Shown one piece after another: positions 28,054 through 38,006 of a stretch of DNA of 64,000 bases. The position numbers and the translations under genes are program-made. The DNA lies in NCBI GenBank assembly GCA_005797835.1, contig SYKG01000005.1, positions 3,879-67,878 on the forward strand. The letters are read 5' to 3'. The notes under the pieces were generated by a model that made no database searches, was not told the DNA's origin, and saw nothing but the letters and a program-made list of their open reading frames with translations. Each line of letters opens with the position of its first letter. Position 1 is the first letter of the stretch. The DNA is from Methylotenera sp. Its GTDB lineage: Bacteria > Pseudomonadota > Gammaproteobacteria > Burkholderiales > Methylophilaceae.

Positions 28054-28779
28054 ATGAGTATAGTTGAGTTCAATTTAATTTATAACGCACTCTCATTTGC
28101 AATTGCTGCTTTTGGAGCGTCAACTATCTTTTTTCTATTTCAAAGATCGCAAGTGTCTCCCGCATACAAAACTGCACTAACCCTCTCAGGGCTAGTCTGT
28201 TTAATTACAACTTATCATTACTGTAGAATCTTCGAAAGCTTCAATAATGCCTATGCCTTAAAGGATGGGTTGGTATTGCAAAGTGGAATGCAATTCAATA
28301 ATGCTTATCGATATGTTGATTGGTTACTAACCGTTCCTCTATTGCTTTTAGAATTTGTTCTAATATTAAGATTACCTTATGGTGAGACATATAAAAAAGG
28401 CCTGTCCTTAACTATGGCATCTGCAATTATGGTGGTACTGGGCTATCCTGGGGAAACCCTTAATATAGGCTTTAGCAAGATTATGTGGTGGATTCTAGCC
28501 ATGATTCCATTTATTTATATATTGTATGAAATGATTTATGGAATTGGTCTATCAATTAAAAAGCAGCCTTTAATTGTTCAACCGCTACTCAAGAAAATAA
28601 GGTTACTTGTTATCTTATCGTGGTCATTTTATCCGCTTGTTTATATTCTTCCTTTATTTGGTTTATCAGCATTTGTAAGTATTCAAGTTGGCTATACTTT
28701 CGTAGATATTATTGCTAAATCAGTTTTTGGTATTCTGATTTATATTATCGCGCAAAGAAAATCTGAAATTGGTGCATAG
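28054..28779 (+). CDS. Xanthorhodopsin-like rhodopsin (DTE proton pump)
   Basis: YHYCRIF, FNNAYRYVDWLLTVPLLLLE, LGYPGE, QVGY..DIIAKSVFG. Confidence 0.93.
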   Translation: MSIVEFNLIYNALSFAIAAFGASTIFFLFQRSQVSPAYKTALTLSGLVCLITTYHYCRIFESFNNAYALKDGLVLQSGMQFNNAYRYVDWLLTVPLLLLEFVLILRLPYGETYKKGLSLTMASAIMVVLGYPGETLNIGFSKIMWWILAMIPFIYILYEMIYGIGLSIKKQPLIVQPLLKKIRLLVILSWSFYPLVYILPLFGLSAFVSIQVGYTFVDIIAKSVFGILIYIIAQRKSEIGA

Positions 28780-28838
28780 TTTGGCTTTTAAGAGACTAAA
28801 CATGTACTTTATACATTCCCATTCTAATTAGACAAATT

Positions 28839-29783
28839 ATGCTTTTAATCGAAGGTGATTCTTTAGAAAGTGTTAAAAAACATTTAGCAAAATCTTTTGA
28901 GGTTAATGAAAAAAATTTATCTTTATGGCTTAATTGGCATGGAAAATCAGAAGGAAAATTAATTCGCTCACATTTAGCACTATCAACCGGAAAAGCTTTA
29001 GGCCTATCAAAGCACACGACAATTATTTGGGGAGTTGTATGTGAATTAATTCACAGTGCCTCACTTCTTCATGATGATGTATGTGATAGCGATGAGATTA
29101 GGAGAGGGAAGATTAGTGTATGGAAAAATTTTGGTATACCTGCAGCAATATGTACTGGCGATTATTTAATAGCTGAGTCATTTAGAAAAATTACTGAAAT
29201 TGAACAAGGTTGGCATCAAAATATTTTATTAGGCTTACTCTCAAGTACCGTAAAAGAAATTGTTTTTGGTCAATCAGTTGATGTCAATACCAATTTTTTA
29301 AATATAGAGTGGGAAGATTATAAGAATATTGCAATCACAAAAACTTCACCACTAATTTGTTTGCCTATACTGGGAATGTTTAAGTGTGCAGAGTTACAAG
29401 AACCATACTATTTACATTTAAGAAAAATTACAGATGAAATAGGACTCGCATATCAAATGGTAAACGACTTAGAGAATATTTTATTAATTCAGACAAATGA
29501 AATTCCGACAGATATTAAATTTGAGAGAGTCAATGCATTAGTAGTTTTATTTAAAGAAAAATCTTCAGAAAAAGAAATTAATTTCTTTAAAAAGAATAAA
29601 AATGAATTTAAAAATTTTTTAATATCTTCAAGTATTGTTGAAGATTTAATTAATAGGATCCATTGCAATATTCAAAGTATCAATAACTCTCTATATCTTA
29701 TGCCAATTGTTATTAGGCCAATAATTTCATCTTTGTGTGAGGAAATAGAAAAAAGATCTCATCAATTTTTGTATGCAAAATAA
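28839..29783 (+). CDS. crtE: Polyprenyl (GGPP) synthase, divergent
   Basis: ELIHSASLLHDDVCD..RRG, GQ..D, KT; the second aspartate motif is degenerate (YQMVNDLEN). Confidence 0.8.
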   Translation: MLLIEGDSLESVKKHLAKSFEVNEKNLSLWLNWHGKSEGKLIRSHLALSTGKALGLSKHTTIIWGVVCELIHSASLLHDDVCDSDEIRRGKISVWKNFGIPAAICTGDYLIAESFRKITEIEQGWHQNILLGLLSSTVKEIVFGQSVDVNTNFLNIEWEDYKNIAITKTSPLICLPILGMFKCAELQEPYYLHLRKITDEIGLAYQMVNDLENILLIQTNEIPTDIKFERVNALVVLFKEKSSEKEINFFKKNKNEFKNFLISSSIVEDLINRIHCNIQSINNSLYLMPIVIRPIISSLCEEIEKRSHQFLYAK

Positions 29784-31254
29784 AAAAATAATTGTAATCG
29801 GAAGTGGTTTTGGAGGCATAGCAGCAGCTTTGCGCATGAAAGCCAAGGGCTATGATGTTGATTTGCACGAAAAACTAGATCAAATCGGAGGAAGGGCGAG
29901 ACAGTTTAAGCAAAATGACTTTGTTTATGATGCAGGACCTACTGTAATTACTGCCCCATATCTTTTTAGAGAATTATTTGAAATTTTTGATGAAGAAATT
30001 GATGATTTTATAAATTTTATTCCTTTAGATCCCTGGTATCGCTTTAGATTTCATGATGGATCAATTTTTAACTATGGTGCAAATCAGGATGAATTATTAG
30101 ATCAAATTCGCGCCATTGAGCCTAGCGATGTAAATGGCTATCTAAAAATGCTTAATCATGCAGAGGAAATATTTAAATTAGGGTATCTTAAGCTTGCAGA
30201 TCAACCTTTTCATAAGCTGAGTAGTTTGATTCGATACACGCCCGATATTATCAAGTTAAAAGGTTATCAGTCTGTTTATCAATTTGTATCCTCCTATTTA
30301 AAACATCCAAATTTAAGACAAGCTTTCTCAATTCAGCCTCTTCTTGTTGGAGGGAATCCTTTTAATACAACTTCAATTTATGCACTTATTCATGCACTTG
30401 AGAAAAAATGGGGTGTTTTTTTTGCAAAGGGAGGTACTGGAAAAATAATAACTCAATTAAAAATGCTTATGGAGCGTAAAGGCATCAATATTTTTTTAAA
30501 TAGCGAAGTTAAGAAAATTGTAACAGCTAATAAGCATGTTGAAGGCATTGAAAATTCAAAAGGTATCTTTTATAAAGCTGATTATTTGATTACAAATGCA
30601 GATCCTATCTATACTAATAATCATTTAATAGATAATAAAAAAATTTCACTGCATAATAAATTTATTGAAAAAACAGCAAAATATTCAATGGGCTTATTTG
30701 TTCTTTTCTTTGGCACAAAAATTAAGTATGCTGATATTGCTCATCATACGATCTGGATGGGCTCTCGATATAAGGAATTACTCAGTGATATTTTTGATAG
30801 TTATAAATTAGCTGATGATTTTTCAATTTATCTCCATAGACCCACAGCAACTGATTCTGATTTTGCTCCCATCGGCTGTGATAGTTATTATGCTCTAGTT
30901 CCTGTTCCTAATTTAAAAGGCAATATTAACTGGCAAGATGAAGCACCAAAATTTTCTCAGTCTATTATTAAAGCCCTAGAAAAAACAATAATGCCAAAAC
31001 TGAATGATAATATCTGTGAATCATTCTATATGACTCCTGAAAATTTTTTAAATGATTACAATACGCCTTTTGGCTCTGGTTTTTCAATAGCGCCCCTATT
31101 CAGACAATCTGCATGGTTCAGGACACACAATAAGGATGATTTATATCAAAATCTTTTTTATGTAGGTGCAGGGACACATCCTGGTGCAGGGGTTCCAGGC
31201 GTACTAAACTCAGCAAAGGTCATAGATAAGCTTATCCCTGTGAATGCAAAATAA
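29773..31254 (+). CDS. crtI: Phytoene desaturase
   Basis: IGSGFGG, DAGPTVIT, GGNPF, YVGAGTHPGAGVPGV. Confidence 0.96.
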   Translation: MQNKKIIVIGSGFGGIAAALRMKAKGYDVDLHEKLDQIGGRARQFKQNDFVYDAGPTVITAPYLFRELFEIFDEEIDDFINFIPLDPWYRFRFHDGSIFNYGANQDELLDQIRAIEPSDVNGYLKMLNHAEEIFKLGYLKLADQPFHKLSSLIRYTPDIIKLKGYQSVYQFVSSYLKHPNLRQAFSIQPLLVGGNPFNTTSIYALIHALEKKWGVFFAKGGTGKIITQLKMLMERKGINIFLNSEVKKIVTANKHVEGIENSKGIFYKADYLITNADPIYTNNHLIDNKKISLHNKFIEKTAKYSMGLFVLFFGTKIKYADIAHHTIWMGSRYKELLSDIFDSYKLADDFSIYLHRPTATDSDFAPIGCDSYYALVPVPNLKGNINWQDEAPKFSQSIIKALEKTIMPKLNDNICESFYMTPENFLNDYNTPFGSGFSIAPLFRQSAWFRTHNKDDLYQNLFYVGAGTHPGAGVPGVLNSAKVIDKLIPVNAK

Positions 31255-32134
31255 ATTTTTAATGCGAAAGTATGGTAAGACTTTTTATTGGGCTTCCTTT
31301 TTTCTTGATAAGCCAAAAATGAATGCCATATTCTCTATTTACAGCTTTTGCCGAAAAATTGATGATTTAGTTGACGAAGCTAAAAATACAAAAATTGCAA
31401 GTCGAGAGCTTTTATTTTTTATGAGAGCTTGGAATCAAGATCGATCTCATCCAATAATTAATGTATTAAAAAATATTCCTAAAGAAAGTTGGCCAAATCC
31501 AAGGCTTTTAAAAATGTTTTTAAATGGTCAAATATCAGACATTAAATTTTTTTCATTCGAGTCAGAAAAATCCTTAATTATTTATTGCTATCAAGTTGCT
31601 GGTACTGTGGGATTAATGATATGTGATATTTTTGGTGTAAAAGATAAAAAAATGAGATATTTTGCAATTGATTTAGGTATTGCAATGCAATTGATTAATA
31701 TATCTAGAGATATTTATGAAGATAGTTTACGTAATAGGAACTATTTGCCCAAAAGTTTTGTTGGAAAATATACATCAAACGAAATATCTAATCCAACAAA
31801 AGGGGTAGCAAAAAAAATAGATATAGCTCGAAAAAAAATTATTGATCTGGCAAATATTTACTTTGCTAGTGCGAATGAAGCAATCGATCATTTGCCAAAG
31901 GGCTCCTCCCTTGCAGTTAAATTAGCCTCCACCCTCTACCAACAAATTGGTTATAAATTAATCAATACTAAATATCAAAAAAATGAAAAAAGGTGTTACG
32001 TAGGTATCCTTTCTAAGCTATTGATTACATTAAAAATAATTTCATTATATTTGGTTTCTTTTCAATCTAATTTAAAGCCTCATAAGAGGTATCTTCATAA
32101 ACATTTAGCAAAACTTCCTGATGTACATTACTAA
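31244..32134 (+). CDS. crtB: Phytoene synthase
   Basis: GKTFYWAS, FCRKIDDLVD, YCYQVAGTVG, QLINISRDIYED. Confidence 0.95.
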   Translation: MQNKFLMRKYGKTFYWASFFLDKPKMNAIFSIYSFCRKIDDLVDEAKNTKIASRELLFFMRAWNQDRSHPIINVLKNIPKESWPNPRLLKMFLNGQISDIKFFSFESEKSLIIYCYQVAGTVGLMICDIFGVKDKKMRYFAIDLGIAMQLINISRDIYEDSLRNRNYLPKSFVGKYTSNEISNPTKGVAKKIDIARKKIIDLANIYFASANEAIDHLPKGSSLAVKLASTLYQQIGYKLINTKYQKNEKRCYVGILSKLLITLKIISLYLVSFQSNLKPHKRYLHKHLAKLPDVHY

Positions 32135-32137
32135 TAT

Positions 32138-33265
32138 ATGAAACAAAAATTTGATATTGGAATTATTGGTGCTGGTTTGTCGGGTCTTCACCTTGCGAAT
32201 GCATTATTAAAAAAAAGAATTATAAATTTTATTTTATTTGAAAAAGAAAGCGTTATAAAAAATGATAAAACCTATAGTTTTTGGAAGGGGCCTGGATTAT
32301 TTGATATCACAAGAACTTTAAGTGTAAAGCCGAGAAAAGAATGGTCTCAAATAGAAATTAAGACTCAAAATAAATCACATATTATTGATTTGGGGAAATA
32401 TAGATATGTTTGCTATGCATCAAAAACAGTCCTTGAGGAGCTTTATCAAAGGGTGAGTAAAAACGGGATCAAAATACAACGGGGGTGTTCAATAAAACAT
32501 ATTGAAAAAGGGAAAAATCATTGGCTCATTCATTTAAAAAGTAAAAAAATTCCATTTCAATACATTGTAGATAGTAGACCCAATAAAAAATTTGATGATA
32601 AATATCCATCTTTAAAGCAAGTATTCATAGGTACTGAAATTATTTCAACTAAGAAAATATTTGACGCAAATATTGCTACCTTGATGGATTTTTCTGATTC
32701 AAAAAATAGTGTAATTTTTACCTATATTCTACCTTTTACTCAAAATAGAGCATTAATAGAAACAACATGTTTTACCTCTGAGACAGATTTTAAATTACTA
32801 GAGGGACTTCATAAGATTACTTTAAAAAAATTCTTTGTAAAAAAAATATTAAGAAGTGAAAAAGCTGTGCTACCAATGTCACCTTATCCTGATTTAAATC
32901 ATTCTGATAAGTATTTTAGAATAGGAAATTTCGGAGGGGCTTCAAGACCTGCATCAGGATATGCATTTACTCGTATCGCGCTTTGGGCAAATCAAATCGA
33001 TACACAAAAAATTTTTAGTTATGAAATGATTCATTATAAAAAAAATAATTTAACTAATTGGCTAGATAAAGTTTTACTTTCTGCAATAAGATCGAATCCT
33101 CAGAGCGCTCCAAAAATATTTAAATATTTTTTTACTAAAGTTCCAATTAGTTCAGTTATTCGTTTTTTAGCAGATCAACCAAAATTAATTGATTATTTAT
33201 TTATTATTTTCAAATTACCTAAAATAATTATGTGTAAAGGTTTGATAAATTTATATGTTAAGTAA
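32138..33265 (+). CDS. crtY: Lycopene beta-cyclase
   Basis: IIGAGLSG, LMDF, FTYILPF, ALIE, E.AVLPM, RPASGY. Confidence 0.9.
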   Translation: MKQKFDIGIIGAGLSGLHLANALLKKRIINFILFEKESVIKNDKTYSFWKGPGLFDITRTLSVKPRKEWSQIEIKTQNKSHIIDLGKYRYVCYASKTVLEELYQRVSKNGIKIQRGCSIKHIEKGKNHWLIHLKSKKIPFQYIVDSRPNKKFDDKYPSLKQVFIGTEIISTKKIFDANIATLMDFSDSKNSVIFTYILPFTQNRALIETTCFTSETDFKLLEGLHKITLKKFFVKKILRSEKAVLPMSPYPDLNHSDKYFRIGNFGGASRPASGYAFTRIALWANQIDTQKIFSYEMIHYKKNNLTNWLDKVLLSAIRSNPQSAPKIFKYFFTKVPISSVIRFLADQPKLIDYLFIIFKLPKIIMCKGLINLYVK

Positions 33266-34136
33266 GATTAGGATTCATCAGATATTTTATTTAGTAGTAA
33301 GTCTATTTGTAGTATTAACTTCGCAATATCATTCTAGTCTTAAAATGAGTGATATCAATTCATCTATATTCTTTTTATTCTTAATTATTATGTCTTTTGG
33401 CATATCTCATGGAGCGGCTGACTCGATAATTATCTGGAGAGCCTTCACTAAATTTAAACTGAGAGTGGCAGTTTTTTTATTTTATCTTCTAATTGTACTT
33501 TTAGGCTTGTCATTATGGTTTATAAGCCCTGCAGTGGGATTGCTCGTTCTTCTTTTGATGTCAATATTTCATTTTGGGGTTAGTGATCTTTTATATTTGA
33601 ATTCTCTTAGTAGGAATATTAAACATGTATGGGGATTTGTTATGACTTTATTACCTGTACTTTTTTTTGAAAAGGAAGTTAAGTCGATTTTTGACCTATT
33701 AACAAATTTTGATATAAATACTAAACTTTTCTTGATAATGAAATTAGCAATAATATTTCTTATATTTTGTTTCTTACTCTATGTTTTGACTAGTCGGAAT
33801 ATTAAGAAAATAGATAAAATTTTTCTAATCATAGAATTTTTAATCACCATAGTTTTGGCTAGCTTTTTAAAACCTCTTTATTGGTTTACTTTTTATTTTT
33901 GCGCTTTACATAGCCTTAGGGGATTAATTAATATTGGAGTTCAATCATTTAAAGATTTCTTTTTTTTAATACTCTTTTCCCTGCCTGTAACCTTATTTTC
34001 ATATTTTATTCTTTCAGAAAGTCTACAAATTAACTATTTGAATATAATTTTTTCTGTTTTGATGGCCCTTACAATTTCTCATATGCTTTTGCCAGTGACT
34101 AGTCGCACGGTCGTACATTTTTTTGGAAAGTATTAA
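33255..34136 (+). CDS. blh: Beta-carotene 15,15'-dioxygenase (Brp/Blh)
   Basis: Multi-TM protein with four conserved His: SHGAAD, FHFG, LHS, SHM. Confidence 0.9.
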   Translation: MLSKIRIHQIFYLVVSLFVVLTSQYHSSLKMSDINSSIFFLFLIIMSFGISHGAADSIIIWRAFTKFKLRVAVFLFYLLIVLLGLSLWFISPAVGLLVLLLMSIFHFGVSDLLYLNSLSRNIKHVWGFVMTLLPVLFFEKEVKSIFDLLTNFDINTKLFLIMKLAIIFLIFCFLLYVLTSRNIKKIDKIFLIIEFLITIVLASFLKPLYWFTFYFCALHSLRGLINIGVQSFKDFFFLILFSLPVTLFSYFILSESLQINYLNIIFSVLMALTISHMLLPVTSRTVVHFFGKY

Positions 34137-34165
34137 TAAATTTGAGGCTTTAGATCAAAATAATT

Positions 34166-36301
34166 TTAAAAAGTATAGGTCAATGATGCCCGAGCAGTGA
34201 GAGGATATCCAAACATGATATTGTTATTATTATGAGCAGATTGGTAGTAAGTTTTATCAAGTAAATTTTCAATATTCAATTGAAATCTAAGTTGTTTATT
34301 TATATTTGCATACAGCCCTGCATCTAATCTTGCATAGCCTGGAAGTCTGACAGCAGTTGATACTGTAGGTGTTGTAGCATACATATCACTTCGACTGACG
34401 ACACCTAAAGCCGCACTCCATGTATCATTAAATTGGTATTTATTCCATAATGAAAAGGCATGATTTGCTGCATGACCCAGCGCCGTGCCCGATGCAATTT
34501 GCGAGGTGCCTGTGCCTTGTGTCTTCGTAATTTCTGCATCTTGATAGGTATATCCGCCGTATAAACTGTATGACTCAGATAAGTTACCTACTACCCCTAA
34601 TTCAAAACCTTTAGATACTTGACCGTCTATTAGAATTTGATTTGTTGAATTTGAGGGATCTGTGATTTGCATCTTTCTTCTTTCTAAGCGATAAATAGCA
34701 GAGCTAATTGAAAAACTTTGTAAGATATCATACTTAAATCCAACTTCAATATTTGTAAATTTTTCTGGGTCGAATGATCTATTAGTCGATGTTAATGAGG
34801 TTAGTTGTTCTCCTGTTCTCGGCAGATGACTTAAACTATAATTCGAGTAAATAGACATCGGCTCAATCGGTTTATAAACGAAACCGATTCTTGGGGATAG
34901 AAATTCATCATCAATGTTAGAGCTATTGCCAACGGTGACCTTGTCATTGAATTTAGTTTTAAATTTATCGTAACGAAGACCTGTAATAATTTGATATTGC
35001 TCATTCAAATATATTTGATCCTGAAAATAAAGTGCTTGATTATAAATATCAGTCGTCGTGTTTCTGCTTCTAGTAGATCCAAAAGTGAGGAGGGCAAAGG
35101 GATTGGAAGCTGAGGGTGTAGGGTCTGGACTTTCACTATTTGCAATTCTAAAGTTTTGGTTTTCTTGAAATCCAAATTCTATACCACTCAGGAATTTGTG
35201 TGATACCGGACCTGTTTTAAAGTGATAGGTTAAATCCGTTTGATTGAAAAAATTTTGTCTTTGGGTATCGTCGATATAACCGTCAATACTGATCGTTCCG
35301 GCTGACTCTACCTGACCATTTGCGTAAACATTTTGATAGTACTTATCATAGTCAGTAAAGCGGGCGTGATTTTTAAGATTTAATCCATTATCAAAGGCAT
35401 GTTCAAAAATGGCGTAACCATTTTTAATATAAGCCTCTGTAGGACTTTGAGAGGCATTTCCGAAGAATATTGAGCGATTTGTTTTATAGGGATAACTCTG
35501 CAATCCATTAGCTACAGAGGGTATACCGCGATCGCCTATCCTTTGATCATTAAAATATTCTACGCCAGCAATCAGCTTTGTTTTGTCTGAGAATTTATAA
35601 GTGATTGTGGGATTGACTGCCTTTTTTTCACTGTCAACGCCATGCCTAAAACTTCCCGATTCTTCAATCACCCCATTAATTCTTATGGAGAGAGAATCAT
35701 TTATAGCTTGATTATAGTCAATGGATGAACGTTTGAAATCATAAGCGCCCCCTTGAATTATGAATTCACTTTTATTATTCCAATTTGCCTCTTTGACAAC
35801 ACGGTTAATTACCCCACCAACACCACCTCGTCCAAAGATCATACCATTAGGCCCCATCAGCACTTCGACCCTCTCAATATTGTATAGGTCACGATAGTAT
35901 TGAACATCGTCTCTTATGCCATCCACAAATAAATCTGATGTGCTTTGGTTACCTCTAAAAAAAACACTATCTCGGTTACCTTCACCTTGTCCTGCCATCA
36001 AACCGGGAGAATATTTAATAGCATCTATGAGACCAAAAGTAGACTGATCTTTAATTTGCTCTTGATTAATCACTGATATTGATTGAGGAATATCTCGAAT
36101 CAGACTATCTGTTTTTGTTGCTGTAAAAATTCTTTTTTTTAAATATGTTCTAGGTAGCTGATCTTTAACTTCTATTTCTTGTAGGTCGATCCTTGCAATC
36201 TTTTCACTTGGTTCAGCCATCAAAAGGGAAGGTGCAATGCTGCTTATTAAAAGGCAACCTATTGATTTTATTATTTTTTCTTTAATCTTCACATCTTTCA
36301 T
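34166..36301 (-). CDS. TonB-dependent siderophore receptor (Fiu/PiuA-like)
   Basis: ATKTD..IPQSISVI, GEG.RD, DGIRD, IERVEVLMGP, NLLDKTY, C-terminal TYTF; Fur box upstream. Confidence 0.92.
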   Translation of the reverse strand: MKDVKIKEKIIKSIGCLLISSIAPSLLMAEPSEKIARIDLQEIEVKDQLPRTYLKKRIFTATKTDSLIRDIPQSISVINQEQIKDQSTFGLIDAIKYSPGLMAGQGEGNRDSVFFRGNQSTSDLFVDGIRDDVQYYRDLYNIERVEVLMGPNGMIFGRGGVGGVINRVVKEANWNNKSEFIIQGGAYDFKRSSIDYNQAINDSLSIRINGVIEESGSFRHGVDSEKKAVNPTITYKFSDKTKLIAGVEYFNDQRIGDRGIPSVANGLQSYPYKTNRSIFFGNASQSPTEAYIKNGYAIFEHAFDNGLNLKNHARFTDYDKYYQNVYANGQVESAGTISIDGYIDDTQRQNFFNQTDLTYHFKTGPVSHKFLSGIEFGFQENQNFRIANSESPDPTPSASNPFALLTFGSTRSRNTTTDIYNQALYFQDQIYLNEQYQIITGLRYDKFKTKFNDKVTVGNSSNIDDEFLSPRIGFVYKPIEPMSIYSNYSLSHLPRTGEQLTSLTSTNRSFDPEKFTNIEVGFKYDILQSFSISSAIYRLERRKMQITDPSNSTNQILIDGQVSKGFELGVVGNLSESYSLYGGYTYQDAEITKTQGTGTSQIASGTALGHAANHAFSLWNKYQFNDTWSAALGVVSRSDMYATTPTVSTAVRLPGYARLDAGLYANINKQLRFQLNIENLLDKTYYQSAHNNNNIMFGYPLTARASLTYTF

Positions 36302-36306
36302 ATCTT

Positions 36307-36365
36307 AATGATAATCATTCTCATTTAAAAAGTCAAACAACAATCATTCTCGTTTAAAAAGTCAA
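36307..36365 (-). promoter_or_regulatory. Fur box overlapping a sigma70 promoter, tandemly duplicated
   Basis: AATGATAATCATTCTCATT at 36307-36325. Minus strand reads TTGACT-17nt-TATCAT. A 24-nt direct repeat lies at 36313-36336 and 36342-36365. Confidence 0.88.
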
Positions 36366-36464
36366 GTCAATCTATGTAGATAAAGCAAACTAAATAAAGT
36401 AAATGAAATTAAATATGTAATTTAATTGATAAGAAATGAATCGCGCGAATCTTCTGAAGATCTA

Positions 36465-37499
36465 TCAGGGAGAAATAATTGTATTTAAAATACTCTGAGA
36501 AGCTTTTGTGATATTTGTCGGTTCATAACCGCCTTCTAATACAAACATCATGCGATTAGACGCGTACTTTTTTGCAATAGACGATAAAATATTTGTGGCC
36601 TTCTTATAGCCATCATCAGAGTAATTTAATTGTCCAAGCAAGTCATTCTCATGAGCATCAAATCCAGCAGAAACTAAAATAAACTCAGGTTTAAATTCAT
36701 CCATTGCAGGTATTAACTGATTTTTTAATCCCTCAATAAACTCAAAGTCACCAGCTCCTTTTGGTAAATCGATATTTAATGTAAAACCCAAACCATTTCC
36801 AACCCCACGTTCATTTGGACGACCTGTGCCAGGATAAAAAGGGTGCTGATGAATACTAAAATAGAATACAGAGTCATCATCATAAAAAATATCTTGTGTG
36901 CCATTACCATGATGAACGTCAAAATCGACGATTAATATTCTTTTGATAGCATATTTTTGTTGAAGATATTTAGCAGCAATTGCCACATTATTAAATATAC
37001 AAAATCCCATACCTCGATCCTTATTAGCATGATGCCCAGGTGGTCTCGTGAACGCAAATGCACTAAATACTTTTCCCTTCATGATTTGATCAATACCATG
37101 AGTCACTGCTCCGACAGATTTTCTTGCAACTTGAAATGATTGTTTTGAGATAACAGTATCACCTGTACTAAGTTTTGCTGAAAACCCACTTAGCTTTTCT
37201 GATTCTAACTTTACTAGATTTATATATTCTTTAGAATGTGCGAGGCTGATAACATCTATTGGCGCATAATCAAAAGATGGCCATATTAAATTTAATTTTA
37301 ATTTCGAATCATTTCGAAGAGAGTTAATTGCATGTGTGATGCGATCAGAATTTTCAGGGTGATTATGCCCAGTGTTATGAAGAAGAAATTCATCATCATA
37401 GAGAATTGCAATTTTTAGAATATTTTTTTTTGATTCGGCCATTAAATTCATTGGCTGAAAAAGGGACATAATAAGTAAAAAGTTGCAAAAGTATTTCAT
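36465..37499 (-). CDS. Histone deacetylase-family zinc amidohydrolase with a probable signal peptide
   Basis: HPE, RPPGHHA, GFCIFNN, DFDVHHGNGT, SAGFDAH, LEGGY. Confidence 0.93.
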   Translation of the reverse strand: MKYFCNFLLIMSLFQPMNLMAESKKNILKIAILYDDEFLLHNTGHNHPENSDRITHAINSLRNDSKLKLNLIWPSFDYAPIDVISLAHSKEYINLVKLESEKLSGFSAKLSTGDTVISKQSFQVARKSVGAVTHGIDQIMKGKVFSAFAFTRPPGHHANKDRGMGFCIFNNVAIAAKYLQQKYAIKRILIVDFDVHHGNGTQDIFYDDDSVFYFSIHQHPFYPGTGRPNERGVGNGLGFTLNIDLPKGAGDFEFIEGLKNQLIPAMDEFKPEFILVSAGFDAHENDLLGQLNYSDDGYKKATNILSSIAKKYASNRMMFVLEGGYEPTNITKASQSILNTIISP

Positions 37500-37567
37500 T
37501 TGAATGAGGCGTTACATGTAATGAGTTTATTGTATTATTTAAAAACTATTATTTAAATCTATCTACC

Positions 37568-37993
37568 ATGAAAATAAAAACACTTTTTTTAATAGGGTTA
37601 TCTGCCTTATTTCTTTCATCTCATCCCTTTTCTTATCCAAGCAGTGAAATTTTACCTACTGAGCCATCTGTTGATTTTGTAAATCTTAAAGATGGTGATC
37701 AGGTATCAAATCCTTTTAAAGTGATATTCAAAGTCTCTGGTCTGAATATTGCACCTGCTGGAGAATTGAAGGAGGGTTCAGGCCATCATCATTTATTGAT
37801 TAATCAGACCTATATAGATAAAGGAATAACGATACCAGCTGACGAGAGTCACTTACATTTTGGTAAAGGACAGACAGAAACTGAGCTTTATTTAAATTCT
37901 GGCACCTATACCCTGACTCTCCAATTTGCTGATGGCTACCATCGCTCATATGGTAAAACTTTAAGTAAAATGATAAAGATTGAAGTGAAGTAG
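37568..37993 (+). CDS. DUF4399-like exported protein
   Basis: Signal peptide, GHHHLLI, HFGKGQTE, TLQFADG.H. Confidence 0.8.
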   Translation: MKIKTLFLIGLSALFLSSHPFSYPSSEILPTEPSVDFVNLKDGDQVSNPFKVIFKVSGLNIAPAGELKEGSGHHHLLINQTYIDKGITIPADESHLHFGKGQTETELYLNSGTYTLTLQFADGYHRSYGKTLSKMIKIEVK

Positions 37994-38006
37994 CATTTCC
38001 CAAAGA

